DNA from: Hydrolagus colliei
Taxonomy: Eukaryota
Length of the DNA: 64,000 bases
Assembly: GCA_035084275.1 (NCBI GenBank)
Contig: CM068757.1
Location: 7,998,001 to 8,062,000 of the forward strand
Reading direction: 5' to 3'
Part shown: piece by piece, positions 36,956-49,818 of the stretch
Position numbering within the stretch: position 1 is the first letter of the stretch
Layout of the letters: every line of letters begins with the position of its first letter
Made by a program: the position numbers and the translations under genes
The notes under the pieces: generated by a model
What the model was told of the DNA's origin: nothing
Database searches by the model: none
Seen by the model: the letters and a program-made list of their open reading frames with translations, nothing else

Positions 36956-39764
36956 TTTGTTATACACAGTCTAATTCACAGTATTTCTCAGCAGATTTCT
37001 TAATGAGAAATGTGTCTTTTCCGTAAGCTGAAGGGCACTTCTGATGTTTTAGGAATCCAATAATTGTATTTCTTATGAGGAAATCTGTTAAGAAATACCG
37101 CAAGTTGAGCCAATAATATTCTGTTTGATGACATATATAACATATATAACAAGCTGTGTGGCTATGCGAGAGAGCTTTGCACATTGGTTAATAGATAGCT
37201 CGAAGCAACTTTTAGGTAGTAACTTGGTTGAATGAGTTGTGATAAGATGCTAATTCACAAAAGCAGAAGCCAAGAAATTTCTGTCTAGCAATATAGCCTA
37301 AAGTTAGATTATTGCCTTAAACACCTGTTGCTTTTTACACAGACTATTTATAACTGCTATGTGGCGGAAACACACAACACAGTAAAAGCAGCATGTCAAG
37401 GGCACAAGGTAATCAAATGATTGAAGCTGAAGATGTACAGTATCATGTGATAATAATATCAGTTTATTTTCCTTGCAAAACACTATGTTATGGCAAAATA
37501 ATCTCATCATGGGAGGGTGTGTGGGATGATGTTATAAACTACGAGGGAGCTCTAAAATCATCATTTCAACACTGGGATAAAATGGCAGCCTTGAAATTGT
37601 TCCTGATGTCTGATATTATTTAAAATAGACAGGTTTCATTTTGATGTGTGTGGGTTTCAATTTGGTTTTGGGGATTCGGGGGTAGTGTGGGGTTGGCGGG
37701 TGGTTTAAACTTGATATACACTCTCCATGCACACACAGGGTCCTTGATATGAAATGAGATGCACATAGGAACTTCATGGAGAATGAATATGCCACCGATG
37801 GCTGGGAAATTCCTTGTCAAGTGTGTGAATTGCAAATGCCTAAATGAAGTGGAACATCTTTGGTTCACGGATTTGAAACAAAACCCAGAATAGCTTTGGT
37901 ACAGAGTTGGTAAGACATCTGCAACACATCTAAGAGGCTCAAATGCAAACATAAAACATGAGAGCGAAGCTTGAGTGCTTTACACAGTCAGTTGTACACC
38001 AAGATTAGTGTTACATTAATGTGGAGGCTAGAACTCAACTTCTATCACAAGGGAAAAAAAGATTGAGAGGAGATGTAATCCAGATCTTTAAAATGTTGAA
38101 AAACATAACAAGCTTGAGATACAACATCAAATGTGATTACAGTGGACACTGACATACATCTGGCAAGCCTGAAGTGGAACTAGAGACTATATTCTCCCAC
38201 CTCCCACCGCCCCCCCACCCCCCACGCCCACTGCCACCGACCTCCACACAGAGTCACAGATATGTGGAATATAATAAACCACATATACAATAACTATATA
38301 TATATATATATATAACACTTTTCGTGTCAGGAGGACATCTAAAGCATTTGCTTTGAGACTCCAATCAAAGGCTGCTCATACTTTGAAAGGAAAACAGATG
38401 AATTTCTGGTTAAAAGAAAATGGGTTATAATTATGCATCCCCACGTTAACTTATTTTTCAGTAAATTTTTGCTTGTTTCCACCGGATGTAAATGACAATA
38501 GATGTATCTTGCGAACAATCGTATGATCATTTACCCATCCAGCTTACAAAATATTCATATGAATGACACTGTTTTCCAAAGTAGATTGTGTGAGTCCCTT
38601 CTGAATACAGAATTCAATGGTTAAAATAAAAGTAAACCGAGAACGTCTAAAAAATGTAATCCTTTCGAGTGGATTTTGAGTATGTAAAAATAAATTAGCT
38701 CATGTCAAACAACACTGCAAATCTTGTTCCACTTAACACTGCTAATGGAACAGCTCTGGCCCCTGTCTTATTCTCTCCCGAAGTATCCGTTTGTTACAGT
38801 ACTCTGCTATGCTACCTGCGTATCATTGTTATTAAGAGTTTTGCGAAACATGAGCTGGTTCGAAGTGCTTTAAAATGAAATCAGCTCCCTTTTGAAAGCA
38901 GGCAGTGCCTTTCCCATTGTTAAGACGATTCCCCTAAAAAAAATGAAACCTGTAGCAGTAATGAAATAATGCAATTGATCTCATGACTAGCACAAAGCTC
39001 TCTGAAATCCGTGATAGGTAATTGCTAAACAAGGATGTGTGACAAATGGAGTAGTAACCGGCTAGGCATATGGAACAAATCTGTAAGACAATCAAAGGAG
39101 TATGTGGAGTGAAGGCTTTATTGAAGGCAAGTTGGAATATTGGCATTCAGAATTATTTTTACTGAGAAAGTTCATTGATGGGCCAAGACCCCATGGTGCA
39201 AGGGAACACAAAGGTTGAAAAGAGAAGACTAGAAGATGAGATAATTCAAGTAGCGGTGGTTAGGTGATGCTGAGCTTGGGTTTTAAAAGCCTGTTGATTG
39301 TAAGGAAAAGAGAAAACTGTGGGAGGTAAGGAGTTTTGAGATCTTATGAAAGAATGAGCTAGAGTAGTCAGCTGGTCAGCTGAGGCTTGATTTGAATGCA
39401 TTAAAGATGCGGAGAGATGGAAAAGCACGTAGGAGGGCATCTTTCGATGTTACGTCAAACAAGACAGAGCATTGTTAAAATAGACAGAGAGGTGGAGAAA
39501 AAAAGCTTTGATGCACACAGCGTATTTGAAAGCTTGGAGTGAGAAAACGATCGCATGATCACACAGGAGTGAAGTGAATAAAGAAGGACCTTCAGCCCAT
39601 TTGATCTAATCCTTTATGATACCCACCGGACTGTCTTCCGATTACAAGCTGTTTCTTAATTGAATCCAACATCTTGGTTTCTACCATCTCTCCTCGTAAC
39701 CTGTTCCCAGCTGTAGATTACCCTTGTTGTAAAGAAATATTGGTGTTTGTCCTAAAAATGTTAA

Positions 39765-40122
39765 GACCCTCTCACTCGTCTGCAAATCCCTTCACACCTG
39801 GGCACCTCTCTATCATTCTGAACTGCTTTCTCTCCACTCCACTACTTGCTGCCTCCACTTAGCTGGCCATGGCCTTGTGCTTGTCCCTCTTCCCCCTTCC
39901 CCTCCAGTCCACCATCGGTGGCCGTTCTTCCAGCCACTATGCTCCGAAGCTTTGGAACTCTCCTCCTCCTGCTCGCCCCCTTCTTCCACTTTTTTAGATC
40001 ACAACTGAAGGCCTTCCTCTACGACTGTGCTTTCGGCCACCTCCAGGCTCGGCAATGTGCTCCATCACTGTTAAACACTCTGAGACGCTCATGAATGCCA
40101 CTAAATAAATGCAAGTTGTTTT
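39765..40122 (+). mobile_element. L2 LINE 3' end
   Basis: ggtggccgttcttccagccactatgctccgaagctttggaactct (GGRSSSHYAPKLWNS) and FRSQLKAFLYDCAFGH; tail taaatgcaagttgtt. Confidence 0.88.
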
Positions 40123-40530
40123 TGGTGTAAAACTGCAAAATAGAGAGCTTACCAAACGTTAGGCTAGCTCACAGCCAATATCCTTGTTTTTGTACCAAAG
40201 ATTTCTACCCGCCCCCTGCTCCCACCACCACCCAGTGACGTGAGTGGGTTTCAAGATTCAGATGCCAAGAGAATGTTTGACATGTGTCAGTGTTGAAAAC
40301 GACCTATAACGTGACCAGAATTATATTTTTCTAATGGATATAAGACAAGTGAATATGTTTACATGTTTAATGGCAACAGCTGGAGATTTTTATCCCACGG
40401 TGAACTGGAAATGACACATAAATCACGCCGTTCGAGCAGATCAAAAACACCCATTTCAAAATCTGCAGGGTTGTATCAGCTCCGTGGATGTCATTGTATA
40501 TCAGAAATTGCCAGATGTGTCAAGCTTGGG

Positions 40531-40967
40531 ATAAGGAGAGGCTAGATAGGCTAGGGTTATTCTCTCTGGAGCAGAGAAGATAGAGGGGAGACCTAATAGA
40601 GGTTTATAAGATCATGAGGGGTTTCGACAGGGCAAATAGAGAAAAACTATTTCCACTCGTGGGTGAATCTGTGACTCGTGGTCACAGATTTAAAATAGTT
40701 TCAAGGCGAAGTAGAGGGGAGCTGAGGAGAAATTTTTTCACTCAGCGAGTTGTTCGAATCTGGAATGCATTGCCTGAAAAGGTGGTGGAGGCTGATTCGA
40801 TAACAACTTTTAAAAGGGAATTAGATCTTTATTTAGGGAGAACAGGTCTATTAGGCTATGGGGAGCGGGCAGGGCAGTGGGATTGAATCGCTCTTTTCAA
40901 AGAGCTGGCACAGACTAGATGGGCCGAATGGCCTCCTTTTGTGCCGTAAAATTCTATGAATCTATGA
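40531..40967 (+). mobile_element. CR1 LINE, 5'-truncated, relatively young
   Basis: KERLDRLGLFSLEQRR*RGDLIEVYKIMRGFDR...TRGHRFKI...RRNFFTQRVVRIWNALP; 3' UTR gatgggccgaatggcctcct; terminal attctatg-aatctatg octamer repeats diagnostic of CR1. Confidence 0.95.
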
Positions 40968-41782
40968 ACCGTTGGTGTGCGCACGTGTGAATGTTCATGT
41001 TCATCAAGGCAAGAGATAACAGAACTGGGAATGAGACTCCTAGGTTAGGCAAAACATACTTTAAATGCAACAAAGATTCCCCACTAAACTAACTTGCTCG
41101 TCAACTCCTTCCTCGTAAGACCATCACTTACTGTGCATGTTTGACATTTTCATTTTCCATACCATCTATCCTCATGACATCTCTGAGTAAGATTGCCAAC
41201 TTAATATCAATTACAGGCATATTACAGTCAGTTGCTGTTTTGTGGCTCACTGCCTTCTAGGAATTGGATGAGGAACACCCAGAAAATTTCATATAGGACC
41301 AGTGATCAGAGAGAAGACTTCATCCCTTGATTCTGGGTTGGATTCCGGCCCAGGTCGCAGAGCTATTGGGAATTGGTAGAACTGGCAAAGCAACCTGAGT
41401 TTGGTTCAAAGTTTGGGGAAAATCATTTTCTTTCCCACTGAAACCGGCAGATGTGCTGAGCAGCTCACACTAAATAAAGTAGTAGAGTTTGAGTCATTTA
41501 TAAATTACTAATGCTGCCAGTTATGATGTAACTTAGATATCCAAAGTTGCACTTGACGGCTGTAATGAAAAGTTGCGCTCATAGTGTCAATGATTTAACA
41601 TGTGCGCAGGAATGTGTATCAATACAACACTACAGTTCAATAGACTCAGTGAAGGAGGAAGAATCCAAGCATTTGTTTATGTAAGGCTTGTAGAGATCAG
41701 AAGTCATGGCTAATTATTTATTAGCTCTGGCTTTGCAGTTAAAATAAAAATAATAAGGTCTCTGGTTGCGCGAATAGTCAAC

Positions 41783-42120
41783 CATAGAATGTTACAGCGC
41801 AGAAGAAGGCCGTTCAGCCCAGTGCGTCTTTCCTCACTCTTATAAAGAGCATCTCATTCAGTCCCATATATCTCCAGTTTCTCCCACAACCATGTACAGT
41901 AAAAACCCAATTATCCACACTCTCGGGGCCTGGCCAATGCCGGATATTCGGCCGAAAATACAATAAAAAATATATATTTTTAAATGCATTGTGTCGGATA
42001 AATTCCGGTTAATCGAATGCGGACCTTTTTTGAGGTGCCAGTTATACGGAAGTTACGGTTGATCAGGTCACGGATAAACGGGCTTTTAGTGTAGTTTATT
42101 CTTTTTTGATATCTTACCAT
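41783..42120 (-). mobile_element. CR1 3' UTR fragment interrupted by a MITE
   Basis: catagaatgttacagcgcagaagaaggccgttcagccc is the reverse of a CR1 terminus; the sequence appears to resume after 42093. Confidence 0.7.
41897..42091. mobile_element. Tc1/mariner (pogo/Tigger-like) MITE
   Basis: TA flanks at 41895-96 and 42092-93; TIRs cagtaaaaacccaattatcc and ggataaacgggcttttagtg (16/20 match); internal cggata-type subterminal repeats. Confidence 0.8.
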
Positions 42121-43847
42121 CCCCTATGCATAAACCAATATGATTACATGCAAAGTCAAAAAGTGAGAGTAGGGAATTAGAAAGAGGAAGAACTTGCATA
42201 CACACTCGAATATTCCACAGTTCGGTATTGGGCAGTTGGGGTGAGCAAACTTTGAAGCTGGGAATTAAGTTGCTGACATTCTCTTTGTATGATTGATATC
42301 CAGATATTTCACTGTTTGTTGGAACAGGCTAGGAATTATTGCCTAGACATCCAGAATTATGGAAAAAAAATGATTTCTTTCAACTTTTTATGAGCTGCAA
42401 GTTCTGGAGAGAATATCTTGATTATAGGTGCTTGATCCCACAAGCCAACTCTGAGATTAATCTTCAGATATTCCTTCACCCGGATATGTGAGTTGCAAGA
42501 TAACTAGTGGCATTCGTGATTTAGCCAGATCTGACCTGACATTAGTTAGTTTATCATCATAATGCCTTAAATCTTAAATTCGGAGCACAGGAGCTGGAAG
42601 TGGGGCTGTGCTCACAGTGAACAAGTAAAACTAAGAACTTTCTTCAACAGACAGAGGAAGCAACATCACAATGTGTATCCTCTCCGGAACACATGTGTTT
42701 TGTTTTTACCAGCAGCACTTCAAACATAATCCAGTGTCAACTTCAAGGCACTGATCGCAGAATTTTCTGTTTCTACCACAGTTAAATATACATGTTTAAT
42801 CCCTACAGAGTGTATTACAATTCAGAAACAGCAGAAAACCTGGTTAAAGCATTGCCTTCAAGTGATATGCTTGTTCATTTGTGCCAAATAATTTACCTAT
42901 GCCTTTCTCTAGGGTGATGCCGTTTTTAAAATTAAAATCTCCAACATGTTATGTAATCTGAATTGATGCACAATAGCATTAATTTTAAAGTAAGTTAAAT
43001 TTTCAGTTAAGTTTGGGATTTTGTGTACAGTGAGTGGAAGCGGTGGAATATGTCAGAAGTAAATAAATCGAATTTCCTACAATTTGATTGTGTGTGTCCT
43101 CCAGTAATATTAATGCACCACGGATGCAAATTTTAGACAAGAATCTATAAATGTCACAAAAGTATTAAGCAACAATAACACGTGGTGCTAGCCTATATTG
43201 ACAATTAGAGTTAACTCCACGGGTGCAGGATTTTAACTGTGCCACTGGTCCAACCCACAGTTTCAAGTCTACAATAGTTTTCTATATATGGTCAACAGTC
43301 TCCTACAATAACCCTGGGGAGAGGTACTGCATCGCTGCGGACTTGTTACTCTACTTCCCGTTAAAACTAACCAATATATAAATTAATTGTAAGCTGCTTT
43401 TAGCCTTCTACTATGCAGGGATCTTGTTTAACTGTCAGCTGTTTGCATGTGTCCAACAGCTCTCTTCTGCTCAGCAGCATCTTAAAGGCATGACCCATGG
43501 ATTAGAGTTATATTTATGTATAAATTCCATTACAGAGCAGTGTGCAAGATTAATTCTAATCTCAGCAAAAGAGCCGAAGCTAACCGCAAGTATACAAAAT
43601 GAGGACAAGGCAATGCCATTGCTTCTACTGGTTAAAATATCATCATCTCAATCGGAATAAACCTATCCCTTGCATTGCATTATGGATGATACATAATGAC
43701 GGATGCAGTTGCGCAATGCTGCACACACAGTCCTGTCGTACCCATCTCCACAGTCAAACACTTAATGTTTCCCCACAGGCTAACCCTTAATGCTTCCCTC
43801 TGCTTCAATATTAACCTCAAAGGTTAGGCTGCTGAGTTCACTTTACT

Positions 43848-43871
43848 GAATAGAATAGAATAGAATAGAAT
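43848..43871. repeat. (GAATA)n pentanucleotide microsatellite
   Basis: gaatagaatagaatagaatagaat. Confidence 0.9.
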
Positions 43872-44364
43872 ATGTTTGTGAAAGAATTCTACAACAAACA
43901 GGAGATCAAGTATTCATTTTGGCTGCCGGGTAAAAGGTCACTAAATACAATTATTTCTTAAAAATGTTTACTACAAATCACGTCCCATTGTCAACAATTC
44001 TGATTATACAGAACATCCTGCTGAAGGTAACTGTCTTTTGTACTCCCCACTGGGGATTTACTACCTTCGTTCTCTCCCAAGTCCCAGTCTATGGATTTTG
44101 GCCTTGCTCCATCGCTTCCTAAAACTCTGCAGTTCAGAGTTGGATTAGTAGACTTTTGTCACTGCTACACGATCAATTTGGCTTGTTCAAGTAATTAAAA
44201 AGCACAGAATGCACATTAATGAGGGTGACTCCTTATTGACTGCTTACATGGCATTAAAGGCACCAACGTCAGCAATCTCATGCCAGAACCCGTGCGATCT
44301 TAGAAGATAATTGGATTTTATTCCGCTATTTACTTATCGTGCTCCCATAGAAATACAGTCTCTC

Positions 44365-45215
44365 CATGTTACAGTATTTCCTGTGAAGCACAATAAGATG
44401 TCTTCACAATGTCAAAATAATTGAAATAAATGTAAGGATTATTATTATTAGCTTCCTGGTAAAGTGCATCCCTAATTGCTAGCTTTTCCTCAATTAGAAA
44501 GTTATTTCTCCAAATTATTCCTATAGATATATATCCCCCATCCAAATTTCATATTGTATTTCGGCCACAAAATATACAGACGATTCACTTTTCAATATCC
44601 AGTATTTATACAGTAAAGCGCTTTGAGTCTCTAAACGTCATGATAAGGAGTTGTATCAAATGCAAGGATTATATTATAACATTGATTCTTAAATCGCACA
44701 AATTCGCTGCTCATTCTATTCTAGTTTGTGGGAAAATTGATTGGAAGATTGGCAGCTGCCTTACATTTTATAAAGTGCTTTGAGATGTTTATTTTACATG
44801 AAAGGTGGGTGCCTTACAAATGCAAAGTTATTATTATTACTTTCTTTGTCTACATTTGCTGATGCTTCTAAGTCCGCCAAGTATTGCTGACAGAAGTTGA
44901 TTGCTGGCATTCAGCCCCTAATCCCCAGTGCTAGTAATGCATATCCTGTATCAGCATGATTGTTCTTTGAATGTTACTTTATATCACTCAAAGGAACAGA
45001 GCCCCCACACCAAGGGCCAAATGTATTGGGCTCCAAAATTGGATTCCAATACAGTAATAGGAATAAATGCATCTTTTTATAAATGTAATTTTGTTGTTGT
45101 TGTATATGTTATTGTTCATTTATTACTCAATGCTTTGGAGTCCATAAACTCTCCTGACATGTCACAACAATGTGATGAGATGCTACATCAAATGCAAGGA
45201 ATATTATTATTTTGA
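44365..45215 (+). mobile_element. Cluster of co-oriented SINE 3' tails
   Basis: Four aaatg(c/t)aa..(att)n tail remnants ending near 44450, 44678, 44838 and 45212. Confidence 0.7.
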
Positions 45216-46091
45216 TCAATGAACAATGAAAAGATCGCTTCTCCAAAAAACACAATGCAGGCCATTTGCAGTTGGGAACTTTGCAAACGAGAAATTTTGC
45301 AATTTGGAGAAAAAGAGCGATGGATTTATTTTCCCACATTTTCCCCACTGCGGCAAAACTTCCCCCATCCCATTCTAAGCACGTTGCACATTGACAGCAG
45401 GAGGCAACTCACCCGCAAAGTTTAGAAGTGTTCTTGTTCATTTGGCTCCTACCTCAATCTCAGATACGCTGTTAACATTTTGTGGAGAACAACATAGCAC
45501 AGTTCTTTATTCTTCTAAGATTGGTTTCCCAAAGACGCCTTTTCTCCTGGGAACATATCAAACTACCTCTTGTTACTCAAGTACAGACCCCACTTGACCA
45601 TGAACAAGAGCAGAGACATTGAGAAACAATTTTCAGGGCTTTTGTCCTGTATTTTTCGGGAGGTGGAAAAATCCTTTCTGTTTGAAAAGCGAAAATGATG
45701 GCATTCTGAAGAACTCAAACTCAGGTGCCTTAAAGGCAGGGATCTGGCTCGCTTCACTCATGCAGACAAAACCGCCAACAAAGTTAGATCAGATTTCAGG
45801 AAGTGGTTTCATTCTCATCCCGAAGGTTAATGCATAATCCAATTCTCCACCCAATATCCATTTTCAGATCCTTCACAAAAAATTCTACTCTTTGAGCCTT
45901 GATGGTGCCTTTGAGAAAAAATAGATGTGATTAAGATAGACTGCAATATAAAACACTTATCAGTGCCCACTCCTCTTTCACTGAATAATGATACACATGA
46001 CAAGGCATTTAAAAACACTGTCTTAGCAAATTATCGTATTTGAATACCTTGTTTTATTTTAAATGTTTCTTGTTTGATTACAAAAATTAGG

Positions 46092-46487
46092 TGTCAGCGA
46101 GGCTCAGTTGGTTGTACTCTTGCCTCTGAGTCAGAAACCCCATATTAGGCCTTTGAGCTCACAGACTAGACAGTCATTCAGTGCAGTTTTGAGGGTAGCA
46201 CCTCATTGCCAGAGATGCTGTCCATCAGATGAGGTCCTTTCTGCCTGTTCAAGTGGATGTTAAAGATCCCATGGTATGGTTTGAAAAGAGCTGGGAGTTT
46301 TTCCCAGTGTCTAGACCCATAATATCAGTAATTCATTTCATGGATGTTTGTGGAATGTTGCTGTACGCAAATTGACTACCTTATTCGTCTACAAAATACG
46401 CAATCACTACACTTGACAATGAATCCTGTGAAATGCTTTGCAATAAGTTGTGATATAAAATGTAAGGAATATTGCTATTATAATAAT
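46092..46487 (+). mobile_element. DeuSINE/SacSINE1-like SINE, near full length
   Basis: tgtcagcgaggctcagttggttgtactcttgcctctgagtcagaa head; Deu-like core cagatgagg...gtggatgttaaagatcccatgg; tail tgtttgtggaatgttgctgtacgcaaattg. Confidence 0.8.
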
Positions 46488-48799
46488 TGCAGTTACCCAG
46501 AATTTGTGGTAAACTTTGTTGGATTAAACTTTCATTTTAATTAATGTTTCATCATGCTGATGAGTCTCATTGAGCTAGTTTCTATATTTATATAAAATTA
46601 ATTCAGCTTCACTTAATTACTTCAGTCTTCAAGCAATCAAGCTCATAACAATATGTTTGTACGCCCACGATATATCAATACAGTTTGATAGCTTTTTCGT
46701 TAATATGGATTCTATTATTGAAGCAAAAACAAATGAATTCATTCCAATGGGCATTATGCATCAAACCCCCCAAGAGAACACTTATTGTGAGTTTATTACT
46801 GCAATTATCTGACACAATTTCCAAAACCTAAACCAATACACGCATAAATACATACTTCAGAGCTTCACTATACTGTGGAAGCAAAGCACTTTTTAGCCAC
46901 CTAAAAGCCCTGCAAAAGTACAATGGTATGTAACTCTGACATGTGGATGTCTTTGGTAATATGTCATAATGTTTTTTAACTGATAAACCAAAAATGGGAT
47001 ATGATGGTTTCTGGACTACAATGGTCCTGGCAATCAGAACACGCATTCATTAGATATATTGCTTGATGTCCATTCCATTGCAGGTGTGTTACTGTGTCAT
47101 ATTATAGCTACCATGCAAAAGAAAGCTCATCAGCACGTACTCATTGAAAGTCAAAGGACGTTTGAACCAGAAGTTGCCGTCAAATTGAATATCAAATACT
47201 GTGTTGTTTGCAACTTGGATTCACAGATAGTAACTCAAAACCTCAAAGAGTGAATCCTGCTGGTAATTGGATGCACGTCACACCGACCGGCAGTAACTCT
47301 GCTCTGACGCTTCGGAAGTCGATCAGGTCCCAACTTCCAAAACAAGGCGATATGGGTTCACTCTCAAAAGACGTAAGGTGAAGAGACAGTGCAGATCATT
47401 GCGATGAAGATGTGGCATTCGAAAGTAATAGGACCAACCTTGTAATAAGTGAGTGGTGCAAATGTGACCTGTGTACATCATGCGCATGATTTGGATAGCA
47501 AGTGACAATGGTAACCCAGAAATCAAACATATTTAGCACAGGAAACCAGCTGGTCGGCAATTCTGAAGAGTGCTGTAGAGTTTGGTGAACAATTTGATTC
47601 AGAGGTTTGAAAGAGAGGATAATGTATGACTATTTATTTGATTTATTTTTAAAATTGCTTTGGAAGATGGGCCATGGTAGCAGGTTGCAGCAAGAAAGGT
47701 GGTTTCACAGTGCAACGGAAGACTGTGCAAGACAGTTTGGTTTCCGTTCAAGCCTTCTGCTAAATTGGTCCAATAAAGGTTTTTAGGTGATCCATTGCGC
47801 CTCCCTTAAGCTTCAAAAGCATTGAAAATCTAACTGGCGTTCAGCTCTGGTTGAGCTCTCCTCAGCCCCCAGCAAAAGGATTTGGGTGCTGGAAATATAA
47901 ATATTGTTTGCCGTTCCTAATCGCTTTACTGCTAGAAGTGAGTTCAAATCGCTTCCGGGGATATAAATGAGGCATTTGCTGGAATAATGACGTTCGTTGC
48001 TTAATATCATAGAAATAGCCTCAATGCTCAAAAGATTCAATGGTAAGCATTTCGAGAAAACTGACCTGATTAAGTAAGGGGCATTTGCATTCCTCTCCCC
48101 CACCCCCCTGTTTGTTACTGTACTGGGTAATGCAGTGTGAACTAGGTTGGGAAAAGAAGCTGTATTGAAAATATTGCAGATTGTGTGAACTATAATATTC
48201 CTTCGTATGAAATCACTCTGTGACTAAACTTTCTAGTCTCAGATTGTAATGGATTTCATGCTGAGGTGGGCAAACTGGGCCTGCGGAGCCCATTTCAGCT
48301 CCAAGTGAAATATTAATTGGCAGCAAAAGCCAAACAAGGTATTATTGAGTTGGCTCTAAATCAGTAAAGCACAATCCCTGGTGCTGAGCCCCTGTTAAAT
48401 CCAGCCTTGAAACGAGAGCTCATGCAGATCTCTTTGACACCCCTTCCTTTCCTTGTGATTCACAAAAGCAATGACAGGACTGCTATGAAGGTCACACAAT
48501 GGGAGTTGGACACTTTACTGAGCACTAAACCATTGTGTGCCAGAGGCCAGAGGTCAGAAACAGGCATGGTTGATATAGCGGCCAATACTGTACGCAATGA
48601 GGTTAAGTCATGTGCCTTTTAACTAATGCTGTTTGCCATTCACTAATTTTCACAGATTAGTGCGAATTATCTTTCAAAGAGCAAATGCTTTTTTTTCTGG
48701 TCAGACTCGCTCATGTAGAGTCTGCGATTGCATTACGTTTTACAGTTCCCTGATGTAAGGCTTGGTTGGTACAGTCTTACACCTTTATTATAGTTAGAA

Positions 48800-49078
48800 T
48801 TGTATGTCATAGAGGTCACAGAGGTGTGTGTGTGGCAGGGATCATCATGGTGTATGTCACAAAAGGTGGGAGTAACACAGTACAGAAGTGTGTGTAATAA
48901 GGGTCACAGAAGTGCATGTACAGTAATAGGCGTCACAGTGGCGTATGTATCAGGTTATACTTACACGTAACAGGTTACAGAAGTATGTGTAACAGTGATC
49001 ACAGGAATGTATGTAACAGTTTATAGGGGTGTAGGTTGCAGAGCTGTATATAATATGCACTGTAGGTTATCACAGGGT
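48800..49078 (+). repeat. Degenerate ~23-25-bp minisatellite (left arm)
   Basis: Repeated GGT(C/T)ACAGA(A/G)GTGT(A/G)TGTAACA-like units. Confidence 0.8.
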
Positions 49079-49203
49079 ATTTGAGACTTCATTTTCCCTG
49101 TGTATTTTCTGTCAGTTTGTTTTGCGATAAGAGAACATTTTTACAGCTGAGTTTCTTTAAGCGATTGACATGTAGGTTATGTATTTTCAATTTAGAAACA
49201 AAT

Positions 49204-49275
49204 CAACAACAACAACACAACAACAACTTGCATTTATATGGTGCAAGGCACGTCGGGCAGCGTCCCAGTGTGCTT
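49204..49275 (-). mobile_element. L2 LINE terminal remnant
   Basis: caacaacaacttgcatttatatggtgcaaggcacgtc. Confidence 0.75.
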
Positions 49276-49309
49276 AAAATCAGCATGTTTCAGTCACATC
49301 CATCACACC

Positions 49310-49418
49310 CTCAAAACAACCTATGTTACATACACCTATGTAATCTCAGTTATGTACATCTCAATAACCCCTATTACACATTCCTCTGTAACCTGTGTCA
49401 CGCATACCTCTATAACCA
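49310..49418 (-). repeat. Same minisatellite in inverted orientation (right arm)
   Basis: Reverse complement reads ggttatagaggtatgcgtgacacaggttacagaggaatgtgtaatagggtt...ataggtgtatgtaacatagg. Confidence 0.75.
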
Positions 49419-49741
49419 GAAATAGAGTCAGCACTTCTCCCAGTCCCCCTCCTCACTCACCCACTCAAAGAAACTCAAATCAATCTACGAATGAATCAAT
49501 TCATTCTTGCCTAAATGTGTTCTTGTTGAAATCTGTCTATTTCATCTGGTATTTCCAACAGTTTGTTTTCAAAGGGCAACATATTGCTTCTAAGACTAAC
49601 ATCAGTGTACTTTTTTTTAGAAATGCACTTGGTAACGTGTGTAAGAAGAGCACGAAATAAAATCTTTCCGAACATAGACAACATCGGGGACTTTTTGTTC
49701 TGTTTGCTGAGTTGGAGGTGGGATGAGATGGGGGCATCTCA

Positions 49742-49818
49742 TCTAGGTTATAAATGAAGGTTTCTAGGTTATAAATGAAGAGGGAGTTTCACATGATGAA
49801 ACTCCCTCTTCATTTATA
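49742..49818. repeat. 18-bp direct duplication overlapping a perfect 22-bp hairpin
   Basis: tctaggttataaatgaag at 49742-49759 and 49763-49780; tataaatgaagagggagtttca-catga-tgaaactccctcttcatttata at 49770-49818. Confidence 0.95.

Noticed and set aside
40614-40886. 90-aa ORF as a host gene
   Set aside because: It is the C-terminus of CR1 ORF2, with an upstream in-frame stop and a CR1 tail.
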